IMG/VR virus record: IMGVR_UViG_3300029893_000022
Span: 1 to 41,911 of that record
DNA length: 41,911 bases
Source of the DNA: a virus
Strand: one strand, 5' to 3'
Positions 25,471 through 35,618 of this stretch are shown here, in pieces (positions within the stretch are counted from its first letter, which is position 1; each line of letters opens with the position of its first letter). Under the pieces are notes generated by a model. The model ran no database searches and was not told the origin of the DNA. It saw nothing but the letters and a program-made list of their open reading frames with translations. The position numbers and the translations under genes are program-made.

Positions 25471-26669
25471 TGATATTCTTGATTTTTGCCTTATCGCTTT
25501 GGTATGCCTGGCGTTATAGTCGGACGGAGATTGATCCAGATTGGGCAATGTTCAATTTGGAGGGATTTACCGGCGCAAGATACGGCAAAGATTTCATTGA
25601 TTGCAAATCCCCTCTAATACACTACTGGTACAGGGGCATTGCAAAAATGGTGGGCAAAGACGTGAAACGTGTAAAGTTTGCCCACCATTTTCTTATATCT
25701 ATTCCTGGGTTCATCATTGGCGGGTGGCAGGGATTGGCATTCGTCGCTCTGGTCAATAGTGGATGGCTATATGCCTTCCACGGGAACGTCGGACAACAGG
25801 CGGCGGGATTGATTATGCTCTCGCTCTTTGCGCAGCAGGAATGGATTTCAACGGCTTTGTTGTTCGCTGCGGTAGCATTCGAACCCAAACTGGTATCTGT
25901 GCTTGTCATTCCCTTATTGCATGGGTGGTATCTTCCTTTTACACTGCTTTCGTTGACAGGGATAAGTATTGCGCTGCTAATACGCTTCTACGCTCCGCAA
26001 TATTGGGGCTGGTTATGGGAAGCGAATATTGTTGTGCCGAAGCGCATGACGGAGATGAGACGTAAACTGCTCAAAAATGGAGTGGATTATATCAATATTC
26101 CATCTCAGGGAATGTTATTCATCTTGCCGTGGCTTTGGTTTGCGATTGTCAATCGCCCAGATGTTCTATATTGGCTGCCGTTATTTCTCTATATGTTATT
26201 GATGATCGTTGGAATTGCTGTGCGCTCCAATCACTTCATTCCGTTGGCGGCGTGGATCGCGCTTGCTTTGCCACAGACGGCAATCTACGGATTATTGGCG
26301 ACGGAAATCCTGAGCGGAATGTTCTATTTACCCAATATCTGGCGCAGATATTACCCTGGACTGGCGAACATTAATCAAGATGCAAAGGCGGTTGGAGAAT
26401 GGCTGAGAGATAAGCCGGGCAGATTATGGGTGAATGGATTGCATACGGGAATCTATATCTATTCCGGTAAGCCGCCATTTGGTGGAATGACAGAACAAAT
26501 CGAGATTCGCGAGAATGTTCATGAACGGCGGGAGGCATGGCGCAATGCATTCAAGGCAAGTCCGCCAGAATGGGTGGTTGTTGGCTTCGAGCCAGGATGG
26601 AAATTCGAGCCAATAGGTTATAATCTTGTTGCGAAAACAATGCATAGTAATATCTACAGGAGGTCTTGA
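25470..26669 (+). CDS. polytopic membrane protein, GT-C-like glycosyltransferase (putative)
   Basis: GGAG RBS; about 400 aa with nine or more hydrophobic helices and a soluble C-terminal region; resembles lipid-linked-sugar-dependent membrane glycosyltransferases. Confidence 0.55.
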   Translation: MIFLIFALSLWYAWRYSRTEIDPDWAMFNLEGFTGARYGKDFIDCKSPLIHYWYRGIAKMVGKDVKRVKFAHHFLISIPGFIIGGWQGLAFVALVNSGWLYAFHGNVGQQAAGLIMLSLFAQQEWISTALLFAAVAFEPKLVSVLVIPLLHGWYLPFTLLSLTGISIALLIRFYAPQYWGWLWEANIVVPKRMTEMRRKLLKNGVDYINIPSQGMLFILPWLWFAIVNRPDVLYWLPLFLYMLLMIVGIAVRSNHFIPLAAWIALALPQTAIYGLLATEILSGMFYLPNIWRRYYPGLANINQDAKAVGEWLRDKPGRLWVNGLHTGIYIYSGKPPFGGMTEQIEIRENVHERREAWRNAFKASPPEWVVVGFEPGWKFEPIGYNLVAKTMHSNIYRRS

Positions 26670-26670
26670 A

Positions 26671-26964
26671 ATGGAAATCTATAATCGCGTGGTGAGTGGC
26701 GAACTTGCCGGATCAATATCGGCGGCACAGATGCCGAACATCATTTGCCGTGCAGTTATCTTTACTGCACTCAAATCGAATGCCGGTAATGTTTATATCG
26801 GCGGGGCGGAAGTTACCAAACCGGATGGAACGACCGATACTACCAGCGGTTTGGAATTAGCCCCTGGGACGATCAGCCCCTGGTTTTATGTACAGAATAT
26901 GAGCAAGCTATACTATATCTGTGATAATGCCGGAGATGATCTGACCTATGTCGCATTAGGATAA
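26671..26964 (+). CDS. hypothetical structural protein
   Basis: Start at ATG 26671 with AGGAGGTC RBS (the listed ORF 26626..26964 starts earlier inside the upstream gene). Confidence 0.5.
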   Translation: MEIYNRVVSGELAGSISAAQMPNIICRAVIFTALKSNAGNVYIGGAEVTKPDGTTDTTSGLELAPGTISPWFYVQNMSKLYYICDNAGDDLTYVALG

Positions 26965-26976
26965 TAGGAGGCGAAC

Positions 26977-27429
26977 ATGGCCGGATGGACAAACAGGGGT
27001 AAGTATTCTAACCTTGCGCTATGGGCAAGGACGACTGCGCCGGTGACCACCAGCTTTTACATGGCATTGGTGAAAAGCACTCCAACGGCAGATACCAATC
27101 TCATGTCTGATCTGACGGAGATTGCTACCGGAAATGGATACACCAGCGGCGGTATCAGCCTGAGCCGAAATGCGACAGACTTCGACGTTCTGACCGAGGA
27201 CGACACGAATGATATTGCTTATGTGCAGGTAAAAGATATTGTCTGGACGGCAAGTGGTGGAACACTGCCATTAGATGGGAACGGCGCAACATATGCCGTC
27301 ATCACGGATGATAATGCAACGGTCAGCAGCCGCCAAGTATATCACTATGGAAGCTTGGGCAGCGCACGCGTAGTAAGCGATGGACAGACATTGACGATTC
27401 AGAATTTCGAGATTCGCTTGGCGGAGTAA
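26977..27429 (+). CDS. hypothetical structural protein
   Basis: AGGAGGCGAAC RBS; 150 aa, Thr/Ser/Gly-rich, beta-rich composition. Confidence 0.5.
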   Translation: MAGWTNRGKYSNLALWARTTAPVTTSFYMALVKSTPTADTNLMSDLTEIATGNGYTSGGISLSRNATDFDVLTEDDTNDIAYVQVKDIVWTASGGTLPLDGNGATYAVITDDNATVSSRQVYHYGSLGSARVVSDGQTLTIQNFEIRLAE

Positions 27430-27434
27430 AGAAT

Positions 27435-27836
27435 ATGCGCTGGATAAGAAAATTGCTTTCGGACATTACCGGAAAGTATGATGTAATGGCCTATGCCAGA
27501 CGCGAGAAGCGTGAAGAAGACCTGGGTTGCGAATGGTATGCCTTCCTTCCTTCCGAGATATATCCGGCAACACTGGCGCGCATCTATCAGGCGCGCAACG
27601 AAGATGAAGCTCCAGAAGAATTGATTGATCCGAAGTCGCCACTTCCAAAAGGCATCGCTGAATATTATCAAAATCGGGCGCGTTCATTTTCAGATGAAGC
27701 ATTTGAATTGAATACAGAAGAACGTGAAGCACTCTTAGAACTGGCACGGCTTTGGTTTACCCAGGCGCTACATGTGCGAGTTGAAAGGCCTATAGGTGTA
27801 CATATCTTGAAAGATGACGCCTATAAATTGAGGTAG
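27435..27836 (+). CDS. hypothetical protein
   Basis: 133-aa ORF in the structural gene series. Confidence 0.5.
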   Translation: MRWIRKLLSDITGKYDVMAYARREKREEDLGCEWYAFLPSEIYPATLARIYQARNEDEAPEELIDPKSPLPKGIAEYYQNRARSFSDEAFELNTEEREALLELARLWFTQALHVRVERPIGVHILKDDAYKLR

Positions 27837-28124
27837 ATGCGAGTACTTATGAATGAGATTGAAATTGATATTCCACAAATGGGTATCAGATATACCGAAG
27901 AAGGAGAACTCGGACTGCATATCATAATTATGGTTAAGAGCAGCATGGAAGTAGATGATGTTGCTGTTGCGATAACGACGCACCCGGAAGAAGTCTCTGA
28001 GGATTTCCGAGAGTACTATGAGGACGGATTCAGAGATATTTTTGGAATGCCATTTACAGAATTGTTGCTAGAGTTGAAGAGGAAATCAGACATTGATTCT
28101 CTTCTGGAGAGTCTGGATGTTTGA
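27837..28124 (+). CDS. hypothetical acidic protein
   Basis: 95 aa; ATG directly follows the upstream stop. Confidence 0.45.
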   Translation: MRVLMNEIEIDIPQMGIRYTEEGELGLHIIIMVKSSMEVDDVAVAITTHPEEVSEDFREYYEDGFRDIFGMPFTELLLELKRKSDIDSLLESLDV

Positions 28125-28139
28125 GCGAGGAATAGCCTG

Positions 28140-29135
28140 ATGGCATTTGGAGATGTGATTCAGACGGCGGAGAACAGTGTTGCCAGCGGCGCAGTAACGG
28201 TGACGTTCTCCGCTGCGACGGCTGGGAACCTGTTGATCTTCTGCGTTGCCAGATCCTCAGCATTAGCAGTCGGGACTACATGGGGAACACCTACCGGATG
28301 GACTGCTCTGACTAACACACCAGAAAATGTTGGAAATCTGGGTGCGACCTGGTACTATAAGATTGCCGCGGGAGGCGAAACATCTGTTACCAGTGCCGAA
28401 AGCACACCGCCAGGCAATGGGCGTGGTGTGGTGGTGGAATTTGCGGGACCTTTTGCGACCACACCACTGGATCAAACGGCGGAGAATGAGAGCAATCTAT
28501 CAACCGTCGTTACTTCGCAAGCCAGTGGAACAACAGGAACGACATCGCAGGCGGATGAACTTGCAGTTGTGTTCTTTGGGGCAGATACGGCTATCAATGT
28601 GGATGAAAGCCGAAACTATAACAACAGCTTCAGTGAAGTGATCTTTTCCAATGCCGTGACGAACAATGCACGGGCGGCAGTGGCGGTAGCGCGGCGGGTG
28701 CTGAGCGCAACGGGAACATACTCTTGTACATATTCCTGTACCGACACCGGCGATGAGATGTACGGTGCAATTGCCACTTTCAAAGCGCAATCCGGCGGCG
28801 GTATTTCTGTGACGCCAACGGCTGCCTCTTCGACGGCGAGTTCGATCAATCCGACTGCTGTTTTGGGAAGCCTTTCTGTGACGCCGGGGGCTGCGGCGGC
28901 AAGCACGACCGTAGTCGCTCCCACAGCAATATTAGGAAGCGTGAGTGTGACGCCGAGTATTTGTACGGCATCTGCTTCGACAGTTGCCCCTTTGACGGTT
29001 TATGGATCGGTAATCATTGATGGGATTGTTGCTCTGGCAAGAGCATTGGTATTGAATCCGCAGGTACAGGGCGGCGAGACGGCGAGTGCAATCAAGAATG
29101 TGGCTCATTATCTCTTCGACAGATTTGGGAGATAA
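28140..29135 (+). CDS. tail fibre-like protein with tandem SVTP repeats
   Basis: 331 aa; C-terminal tandem repeats (ISVTPTAASSTASSINPTAVLGSLSVTPGAAAASTTVVAPTAILGSVSVTP...); Ser/Thr/Ala/Gly-rich. Confidence 0.5.
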   Translation: MAFGDVIQTAENSVASGAVTVTFSAATAGNLLIFCVARSSALAVGTTWGTPTGWTALTNTPENVGNLGATWYYKIAAGGETSVTSAESTPPGNGRGVVVEFAGPFATTPLDQTAENESNLSTVVTSQASGTTGTTSQADELAVVFFGADTAINVDESRNYNNSFSEVIFSNAVTNNARAAVAVARRVLSATGTYSCTYSCTDTGDEMYGAIATFKAQSGGGISVTPTAASSTASSINPTAVLGSLSVTPGAAAASTTVVAPTAILGSVSVTPSICTASASTVAPLTVYGSVIIDGIVALARALVLNPQVQGGETASAIKNVAHYLFDRFGR

Positions 29136-29162
29136 TATGTATAATAGGAATGGAGGTGTGAT

Positions 29163-29339
29163 ATGGCCAAGAAAAAGAAAAAGGTGCGTGGCTTCGAAAA
29201 GAACGCACAATTAATTGCCAAACGACAAGGTATTAGCATGGAAAGTGCCAGGAAGATTTTAGCTGCCGGTGCGCGTCGAGCATCTCCGGCTGCAAAGCGG
29301 CGCAATCCACGTTTGAAAAGAGTGAAAGGCAAACCATAG
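29163..29339 (+). CDS. small highly basic protein (58 aa)
   Basis: Not in the ORF track. AGGAATGGAGGTG RBS; MAKKKKKVRGFEKNAQLIAKRQG...KRRNPRLKRVKGKP, Lys/Arg-rich. Confidence 0.4.
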   Translation: MAKKKKKVRGFEKNAQLIAKRQGISMESARKILAAGARRASPAAKRRNPRLKRVKGKP

Positions 29340-29348
29340 GCATAAACC

Positions 29349-30146
29349 ATGACGACCCTATTCAATGCCACGCTAGAACTGGCAAAAGTATTGGGCTATG
29401 TTATTTCTTCCACCACGACCGCCGATGGTTCAACCACGACACTCATAGACTCGGCGCGTGTCACTGAAGTGGATGATTTCTGGAATGGTGGCACACTCTG
29501 GATTACCAGCGGCACTTATAGCGGCAACAGCCGAAAAGTGACAGACTTTCTGAATTCTACTGGAATGTTCACTTTTTCGCCCGCTCTTGCCGGAGCGCCG
29601 GGAACCGGCAATACCTATAGTGTCATCAATGGAGATTGGCCGAAGGAAATGCTGATCCAGTTCATCAATCAGGCATTGCAGGACATGGGGGATGTTCCGG
29701 CGATTGACACCAGCCTGACCACCACGGCGAACACTGCACGCTATGCGCTGCCTTCGGGCGTCTATAACATCAAACGTGTGGAAATCGAAGAGAACATCAG
29801 CTCAGCTTATCCTTACATTCCGTGGTTATTGTGGCGAGAGATAGATGGTTATCTGGAATTCGATCTACAATATCCAGAAGCCGGAAAAACTATCCGATTG
29901 ACTTATGAAGCTAAACATGCCACGGTGAGCAGCGATGCTTCGATCATCAGCAATTACGTTGATCTGCGGCTGCTGGTGTGGAGTGCGGCGGTTCACGCCT
30001 GGCGCTGGCGGATGCAACGTGTGGGCGGGGATAAGCCGATCTTCCTGCAAATGATGAGCGAAGCCATACAAAATCGAGACAAATTGCTTGCAAACCCTGA
30101 GATGCGCAAGAGAATTCCGAAAGATCCGCGAGTGCCGTTATTATGA
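29349..30146 (+). CDS. hypothetical tail/structural protein
   Basis: 265 aa; stop overlaps the next start (ATGA). Confidence 0.5.
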   Translation: MTTLFNATLELAKVLGYVISSTTTADGSTTTLIDSARVTEVDDFWNGGTLWITSGTYSGNSRKVTDFLNSTGMFTFSPALAGAPGTGNTYSVINGDWPKEMLIQFINQALQDMGDVPAIDTSLTTTANTARYALPSGVYNIKRVEIEENISSAYPYIPWLLWREIDGYLEFDLQYPEAGKTIRLTYEAKHATVSSDASIISNYVDLRLLVWSAAVHAWRWRMQRVGGDKPIFLQMMSEAIQNRDKLLANPEMRKRIPKDPRVPLL

Positions 30147-32884
30147 CAGCTACAGCCAGTATCTTCAATGAACGCAGTACGCACCATGTTGTCTTATCTT
30201 CCGGGGCTACAAGCGTTGGATTGATTTTGAGTGATAACCGTGGGAATGCATCGCCGCTGGCGTTTGACATTACCCCTATGGAAAGTGGTACGATCAAGAC
30301 ATTTCAAGGGGTGGAGAAGTATAGCGATCTGGATATGCCCTATGAAAGCATTGTGCAGGAAGAGTGGGGCGGCGGGCAAGGAAACTTTGACTTCGATAAA
30401 GATCATTCCATGTACAAAGATGGGATGATAGATACCATTCGTTCTGAACAAATGATCGTTCCGGGGATGGCAGTATATGCTCAAGGGTTTTACCGAAATC
30501 ATGCGACTTCGTGGGATTATCGCACCTCTGCCGGTGATGCAGTGCAATATTCCGCTTATGAGCTGGAAAGTTATCCAAAGGCGATTGCGCAAAAATTTAC
30601 TGCGTCTTTAAATTTCAATGCAAAATATATCACGTTCGTCTATAAGAGGACAGACCCCCTCGATCCTGCCGGAAATATTATGATTTCGATCTGTGCGGAT
30701 GATGCAGGAGGAAGCAAGCCCGGAACTGCACTACAATTTTATGCGATGCCTGCATTGCCATATCCCTATGAATGGCGAACTGTAAGGGTCGTATCTGATA
30801 CGACTTTGGCTTTGACCTCCGGTACTAGTTATTGGGTGAAATTCGGCGGCATGTCGGGCGGAGCCGGAACAAGAAGCGCCATTCTAACCAATTCAATTGC
30901 CAGAACAACATATCAAACGACGGACGGCACGAACTGGACAAGCTTAGGAAAAAGTATTTATTTTCGCCTCACGGATTCAGATACGACGCGCAACTGTAAA
31001 GCTCACTTTGTCGAATATAAAGGCGGCTTGTTATGGGTGGCGCAATACGATAACAATTCTCCATCTAAATTATTTGTTTATCCACATGTTCCATTTGGCG
31101 TTGCAACCGGAACGCAAACTTCATCAACCTTGCAAGACACAACCAGAACCTGGACAACGGATACATTTAAGGGTGGTATTGTAAAAATTATGCGTGGCAC
31201 GGGAAGCGATCAAAAGCAACCCTGGCGATTGATTACCGGCAATACAGCAAATACTCTGAGCGTTTCTCCAGATTGGGACGTTACACCTGTCTCTGCGTCT
31301 TCCGAATATGTCATTATAGGATCAGATCAATTTTATGAATTTACTGCATTTGATACAAACTATGATGTCGTTGTGAAAGATGTTCTGGCAGCAAATGGCG
31401 CACTCTATTTTGCCAATGGCGACAGCACGGCAATGGTGCGCATGGTTGGATATAACAATGCCGGAACGTGGACATGGGATTATTCAGACCTGGGCGGATA
31501 TACGGCCGGCAGTCCGGCAGAGACAGGGCAATTCAGCCACTTACTCTATGCGGGAGATGAGGCGGGGAATTTCGTTTGGGGAGCGACGGGCGGCTTTCCA
31601 CCACAGCTCTATAAGGCAGAACCGGTAGACTTGACCGGAACAAGCATCCCCGGAAGTCCGTCGCTTACTTTCAATGCTTATGATGGGGCGAATGGAAACA
31701 TAGGGGATTTATATCAACGAATTACCGGATTGATTCAGTATGGCACTTATGGCAATGTGCATGTATTAAAGGAAGAGGGCATCTGGCAAGTCTATAACGG
31801 ACGCTCATTTCGTATCAGTTCGGAAGAACAACGCGTTGCTACCGATTATCGCTCTGGAAAAGCCCGAACGACAAAGGGCAGTTATCTGTACTTCGCCTGG
31901 CATGATACAGTATTCCGCTACTATGAAGGAGTCTTCGATAACATCGGCCCCAATTGGGGGGGAAAGAGTTTGCCGGATGATCGGCGGGGTGTTATCTCGG
32001 CTATTGTTTCTTATCCTGGAATGCTGATCGTTGCAATTGATGGCGGAACGAGTAAGTATTCCAGCATCATGGCATATAACGATCAGGGATGGTGTACGCT
32101 TTATGTAGCACCAGATGTTGGAATGCGCATACAGTCTCTCTATATCCAGAGCATGCCGGGAGATAATGTAGATCGGCTATGGTTTTCTTGCGGTGCAGAC
32201 ATTCTTTGGATGCCGTTAAGCGTCGATCCTTACAATCATCCACGGGTTCAATATCATTTCTATCCTTTCTGGTGTGGGGGCATATTGGAGACATCGGATT
32301 ATTATCTTTCGATGAATGATATTGAGAAGTATTATCGCAAGCTGAAAATAAGCTGGAATGTCAAATTGCACCGTGATCCGGTTGGCGCAATCTATATCAA
32401 ATCAATAGACGCTGCAGGAGATGATGACACCTTAGGCGCAATCTATGTCCAAGACTACGAGGCATCCAGTGGCTCTGTCGTTGTGGATAAATCTGGTAAG
32501 AAGATACGTTTCATATTATGCTTCGACAATTACTGGAGCGACAATACGCCGCGCATCATTGCAACGACAATCGAGGCAGTGAAACGTTTCGATCAGGAAT
32601 ATACGATCTTGCTGACGGCGCGCCTGGAAGATAACGAAGTCAATCTGCTGGGCAATCCAGACGATTACCGCACTGCATTAGATAAATACAATGCATTGAT
32701 TACATTGCAAAACACGACTGCGCCGGTGACCATGCATAGCATGATTAAATCATTGGACAGCAAGTCGGTATTTGTGGATCGAGTGAAGATCAGACCGGTA
32801 TGGGAACATCTGGAAGAACGTGATCGCTCGAATGTGGAACGCTATCTGGTTGAGATTGCGCTGATAGATGCACTGACATCATGA
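30143..32884 (+). CDS. large tail protein (913 aa; putative tailspike or receptor-binding protein)
   Basis: Long beta-rich sequence with many Gly/Thr/Ser/Tyr/Trp; largest gene of the tail region. Confidence 0.6.
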   Translation: MTATASIFNERSTHHVVLSSGATSVGLILSDNRGNASPLAFDITPMESGTIKTFQGVEKYSDLDMPYESIVQEEWGGGQGNFDFDKDHSMYKDGMIDTIRSEQMIVPGMAVYAQGFYRNHATSWDYRTSAGDAVQYSAYELESYPKAIAQKFTASLNFNAKYITFVYKRTDPLDPAGNIMISICADDAGGSKPGTALQFYAMPALPYPYEWRTVRVVSDTTLALTSGTSYWVKFGGMSGGAGTRSAILTNSIARTTYQTTDGTNWTSLGKSIYFRLTDSDTTRNCKAHFVEYKGGLLWVAQYDNNSPSKLFVYPHVPFGVATGTQTSSTLQDTTRTWTTDTFKGGIVKIMRGTGSDQKQPWRLITGNTANTLSVSPDWDVTPVSASSEYVIIGSDQFYEFTAFDTNYDVVVKDVLAANGALYFANGDSTAMVRMVGYNNAGTWTWDYSDLGGYTAGSPAETGQFSHLLYAGDEAGNFVWGATGGFPPQLYKAEPVDLTGTSIPGSPSLTFNAYDGANGNIGDLYQRITGLIQYGTYGNVHVLKEEGIWQVYNGRSFRISSEEQRVATDYRSGKARTTKGSYLYFAWHDTVFRYYEGVFDNIGPNWGGKSLPDDRRGVISAIVSYPGMLIVAIDGGTSKYSSIMAYNDQGWCTLYVAPDVGMRIQSLYIQSMPGDNVDRLWFSCGADILWMPLSVDPYNHPRVQYHFYPFWCGGILETSDYYLSMNDIEKYYRKLKISWNVKLHRDPVGAIYIKSIDAAGDDDTLGAIYVQDYEASSGSVVVDKSGKKIRFILCFDNYWSDNTPRIIATTIEAVKRFDQEYTILLTARLEDNEVNLLGNPDDYRTALDKYNALITLQNTTAPVTMHSMIKSLDSKSVFVDRVKIRPVWEHLEERDRSNVERYLVEIALIDALTS

Positions 32885-32890
32885 TAGAAA

Positions 32891-33244
32891 ATGCCAGTTG
32901 GAAACAATTACCTTGTACAAGGATCGTGGGCAAGCAAAGAGGAATATTATTTCTCTCTGGCATTGGATCGTCTCAGAATATCCTATCAATTTCAATTGTC
33001 TTTGTGGATGGGCAATTTGCGCCGCGGTGGAGTGAAGATAGATTTTCTTGTGTTCATTCCATATCGGCAACCGGTAGAAATCTTAGGCACACGTTGGCAC
33101 ACAGGAAGTTTCGGAAAAGATGATCCGTGGCGTCTGGCGCGCATTCGTGCGCATTTCAAACGAGACGTGATCGAAATTTGGGATTATGACTTAGAGACGC
33201 CGGATGAGGCTTATATCACGGCCAGGCAAAAATTGAGGGTATGA
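32891..33244 (+). CDS. hypothetical protein
   Basis: 117-aa ORF; no clear RBS. Confidence 0.4.
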   Translation: MPVGNNYLVQGSWASKEEYYFSLALDRLRISYQFQLSLWMGNLRRGGVKIDFLVFIPYRQPVEILGTRWHTGSFGKDDPWRLARIRAHFKRDVIEIWDYDLETPDEAYITARQKLRV

Positions 33245-33245
33245 G

Positions 33246-33704
33246 ATGGAAGGGCTGATTGCTCCACTGATTGCAGTATATACACAAAACACAGGACAGA
33301 CGTTTTCCAGTGGTGTGACTACTGTAGTCAATTATGAGACGAAACAGATAGACACTTATAAAGCAGTGACAACAGGCAGCGCATGGAAATATGTTGCGCC
33401 GATTTCGGGAGTACATATTATCAATGCGCGACTTTTATTCAATACCAGCACTGCATGGGCATATGGGGAAGTAGCCAGTTTATATATATATCACAATGGC
33501 ATCTATCATCTTGTTGATCATTGGTCAGACATCAACAGCTCAACCACGGCAGTAACCAGGATGTTGCGAGGTACATATATCATGCGTCTCAATGTGCTGG
33601 ACACGATACAGATATATGTTAATCAAGCCAGCGGCGCAAATCTGACTACAACCAGCGATTATCGGTCTAATCGTGTCGAGATCATTGCATGGCCGGAGAA
33701 ATGA
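33246..33704 (+). CDS. hypothetical structural protein
   Basis: 152 aa, beta-rich composition. Confidence 0.5.
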   Translation: MEGLIAPLIAVYTQNTGQTFSSGVTTVVNYETKQIDTYKAVTTGSAWKYVAPISGVHIINARLLFNTSTAWAYGEVASLYIYHNGIYHLVDHWSDINSSTTAVTRMLRGTYIMRLNVLDTIQIYVNQASGANLTTTSDYRSNRVEIIAWPEK

Positions 33705-34516
33705 AATATCACGTTATCGTTGTCAGCGATATGCACCTGAACAGTGCAGTCAGCCTTTGCCCGCCGATTGTGAATTTGGATGACGGGGGTACTTATCATG
33801 CCAGCAAAGGGCAACGCTGGCTTTGGGATTGCTGGAAGGACTTTGTACAGAATTGCGCGAAGCTCGAAGGAGAGAAGATCGCCATATTGAACGGTGATCT
33901 GGCAGAATTGGATATTAAACGAAGAAGTATCCAGTTAGTGTCTACGAACAAAGCCACCATTCAGCGCCTCATTTTGGAGGCGCTCGAACCTTTAATAGAT
34001 GTCGTAGATCATGTGATCGTCATTCGTGGAACGGCGGCACATACCGGAAAAAGCGCATGGATCGAAGAAGCGATTGCCAATGATCTGGATCACACGGCAC
34101 GCTATTCAGATAATATTGCTTCCTGGTGGCATTTCCGCGGGGTAATCGGTGGAGTACGAATGGATGTGGCGCATCATGCCAGCATGGGTTCTATACCGTG
34201 GGGCAGGGCGAACGCAGTTAACACGGCAGCGGCGAAAATCACATGGCTCTATACAGTCAAGATGAAACAGCCAATACCGCACGTTGCCATTCGCAGCCAT
34301 AATCATCTGCGCGCAGATAGCTATGACAATTATGACGTGCGGGTATTATTTACCCCTTGCTGGTCGTTGGCGACCGAGTATAGTTATCGGACAGGACGTG
34401 AAAATGATGCGGCGGATATTGGCGGCTATGTGATCCACTGCGAGAACGGGAAGTACGATGTGGATAAATACAATTACAATTACGACATGAGGCAAATATG
34501 GAAGTGGAGAATCTGA
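33689..34516 (+). CDS. calcineurin-like metallophosphoesterase
   Basis: VVSDMHL, GDLAELD, GTAAH and later His-rich motifs fit the metallophosphatase signature; start may be the ATG at 33701. Confidence 0.65.
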   Translation: MAGEMKYHVIVVSDMHLNSAVSLCPPIVNLDDGGTYHASKGQRWLWDCWKDFVQNCAKLEGEKIAILNGDLAELDIKRRSIQLVSTNKATIQRLILEALEPLIDVVDHVIVIRGTAAHTGKSAWIEEAIANDLDHTARYSDNIASWWHFRGVIGGVRMDVAHHASMGSIPWGRANAVNTAAAKITWLYTVKMKQPIPHVAIRSHNHLRADSYDNYDVRVLFTPCWSLATEYSYRTGRENDAADIGGYVIHCENGKYDVDKYNYNYDMRQIWKWRI

Positions 34517-34761
34517 ACATTGAAGATGCAATGCAAGAAATCTATCACGCCTTTTCGCATGATAGATTAGATGAGGATGAATTCACAGTACGCATGTATG
34601 CCGAATTACACGGCATTCCATATCAGACGGCTAACAATCATCTATTGAAGGCATTAATGGCGGGGAAGTTGACCCGCCGCTATGCGATCCACGGCGGGAG
34701 GCAATGTTGGGCTTACCGTGTTGTTCGCGATGCCGAACACACAGATCGCACAGACAAATGA
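34498..34761 (+). CDS. hypothetical protein
   Basis: 87-aa ORF at the end of the plus-strand block. Confidence 0.45.
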   Translation: MEVENLNIEDAMQEIYHAFSHDRLDEDEFTVRMYAELHGIPYQTANNHLLKALMAGKLTRRYAIHGGRQCWAYRVVRDAEHTDRTDK

Positions 34762-35059
34762 GACCTGGGTCTTCGTAGCGGTGTGGCTCGCGCCGACCGC
34801 TACGATAGCACCAGGTTTCGATAATATCCCCTTTCTTGATGCGAATGAGGGGATGAGTGGAGAGGGGTTTGTAATCGTCAGTTGAGATCATAGGTAATGA
34901 AGTCAAAATCTTCCCGTGGCAAGGTATTTTCGAAGAGTGTCTTGTCCGTATAATATACCACGCGATCTGGCAGAAGCGAGGGATAGGTATTCTCCATCTT
35001 CTGATAGTAGAAGATATGTTGATGATAGTTGAACAGGATCAGTTGAATGTAATTCATAG

Positions 35060-35610
35060 GTCGCTCATTGTATATGGGTTACTAATTGACATGGCTTGCA
35101 CGGAGTTTTTGGGTTACTTCCATCGCTTAGCTCGCTTCTCTGTAATGGGTTACTTTGTTAGCTTGGCTCGCTTACGCTAGATGGGTTACTCCTCTCGAAT
35201 GGCTCGCTTCGTTCCGTTGGGTTACTTGCTGTGCTTGGCTCGCTTCTGCGACATGGGTCACTCAACTCATATGGCTCACTTCCTCAGTTTGGGTTACTCA
35301 CTGAGCTTGGCTCGCTTGTATATCATGGGTTACTCCTTGAGACTGGCTCGCTTGGGTAGCATGGGTTACTCATAATCGGTGGCTCGCTTCATCACCCTGG
35401 GTTACTCGCCAGCAATGGCTCGCTTACCCACTTTGGGTTACTTGCTTCGCTTGGCTCGCTTTCTTTTGATGGGTTACTTCACCCTCTTGGCTCGCTTTCT
35501 TAGCTTGGGTTACTTGCCGAGTTTGGCTCGCTTGTATATCATGGGTTACTCACTAACACTGGCTCGCTTCCGTCTTCTGGGTTACTCCGCGGTAATGGCT
35601 CGATTGGGCT
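35060..35610. repeat. tandem array A of a 36-bp dimeric repeat (18-bp half-units TGGGTTACT+N9 and TGGCTCGCTT+N8), about 15 units
   Basis: Read directly: the two cores alternate with strict 18-bp spacing; variable segments are pyrimidine-rich on the plus strand; downstream (3-prime) of minus-strand gene 35619..36311. Confidence 0.85.
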
Positions 35611-35618
35611 TGCCGAAA

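Noticed and set aside
34883-35057. 58-aa minus-strand ORF just downstream of array A
   Set aside because: No RBS and an unremarkable sequence; left out of the feature list.
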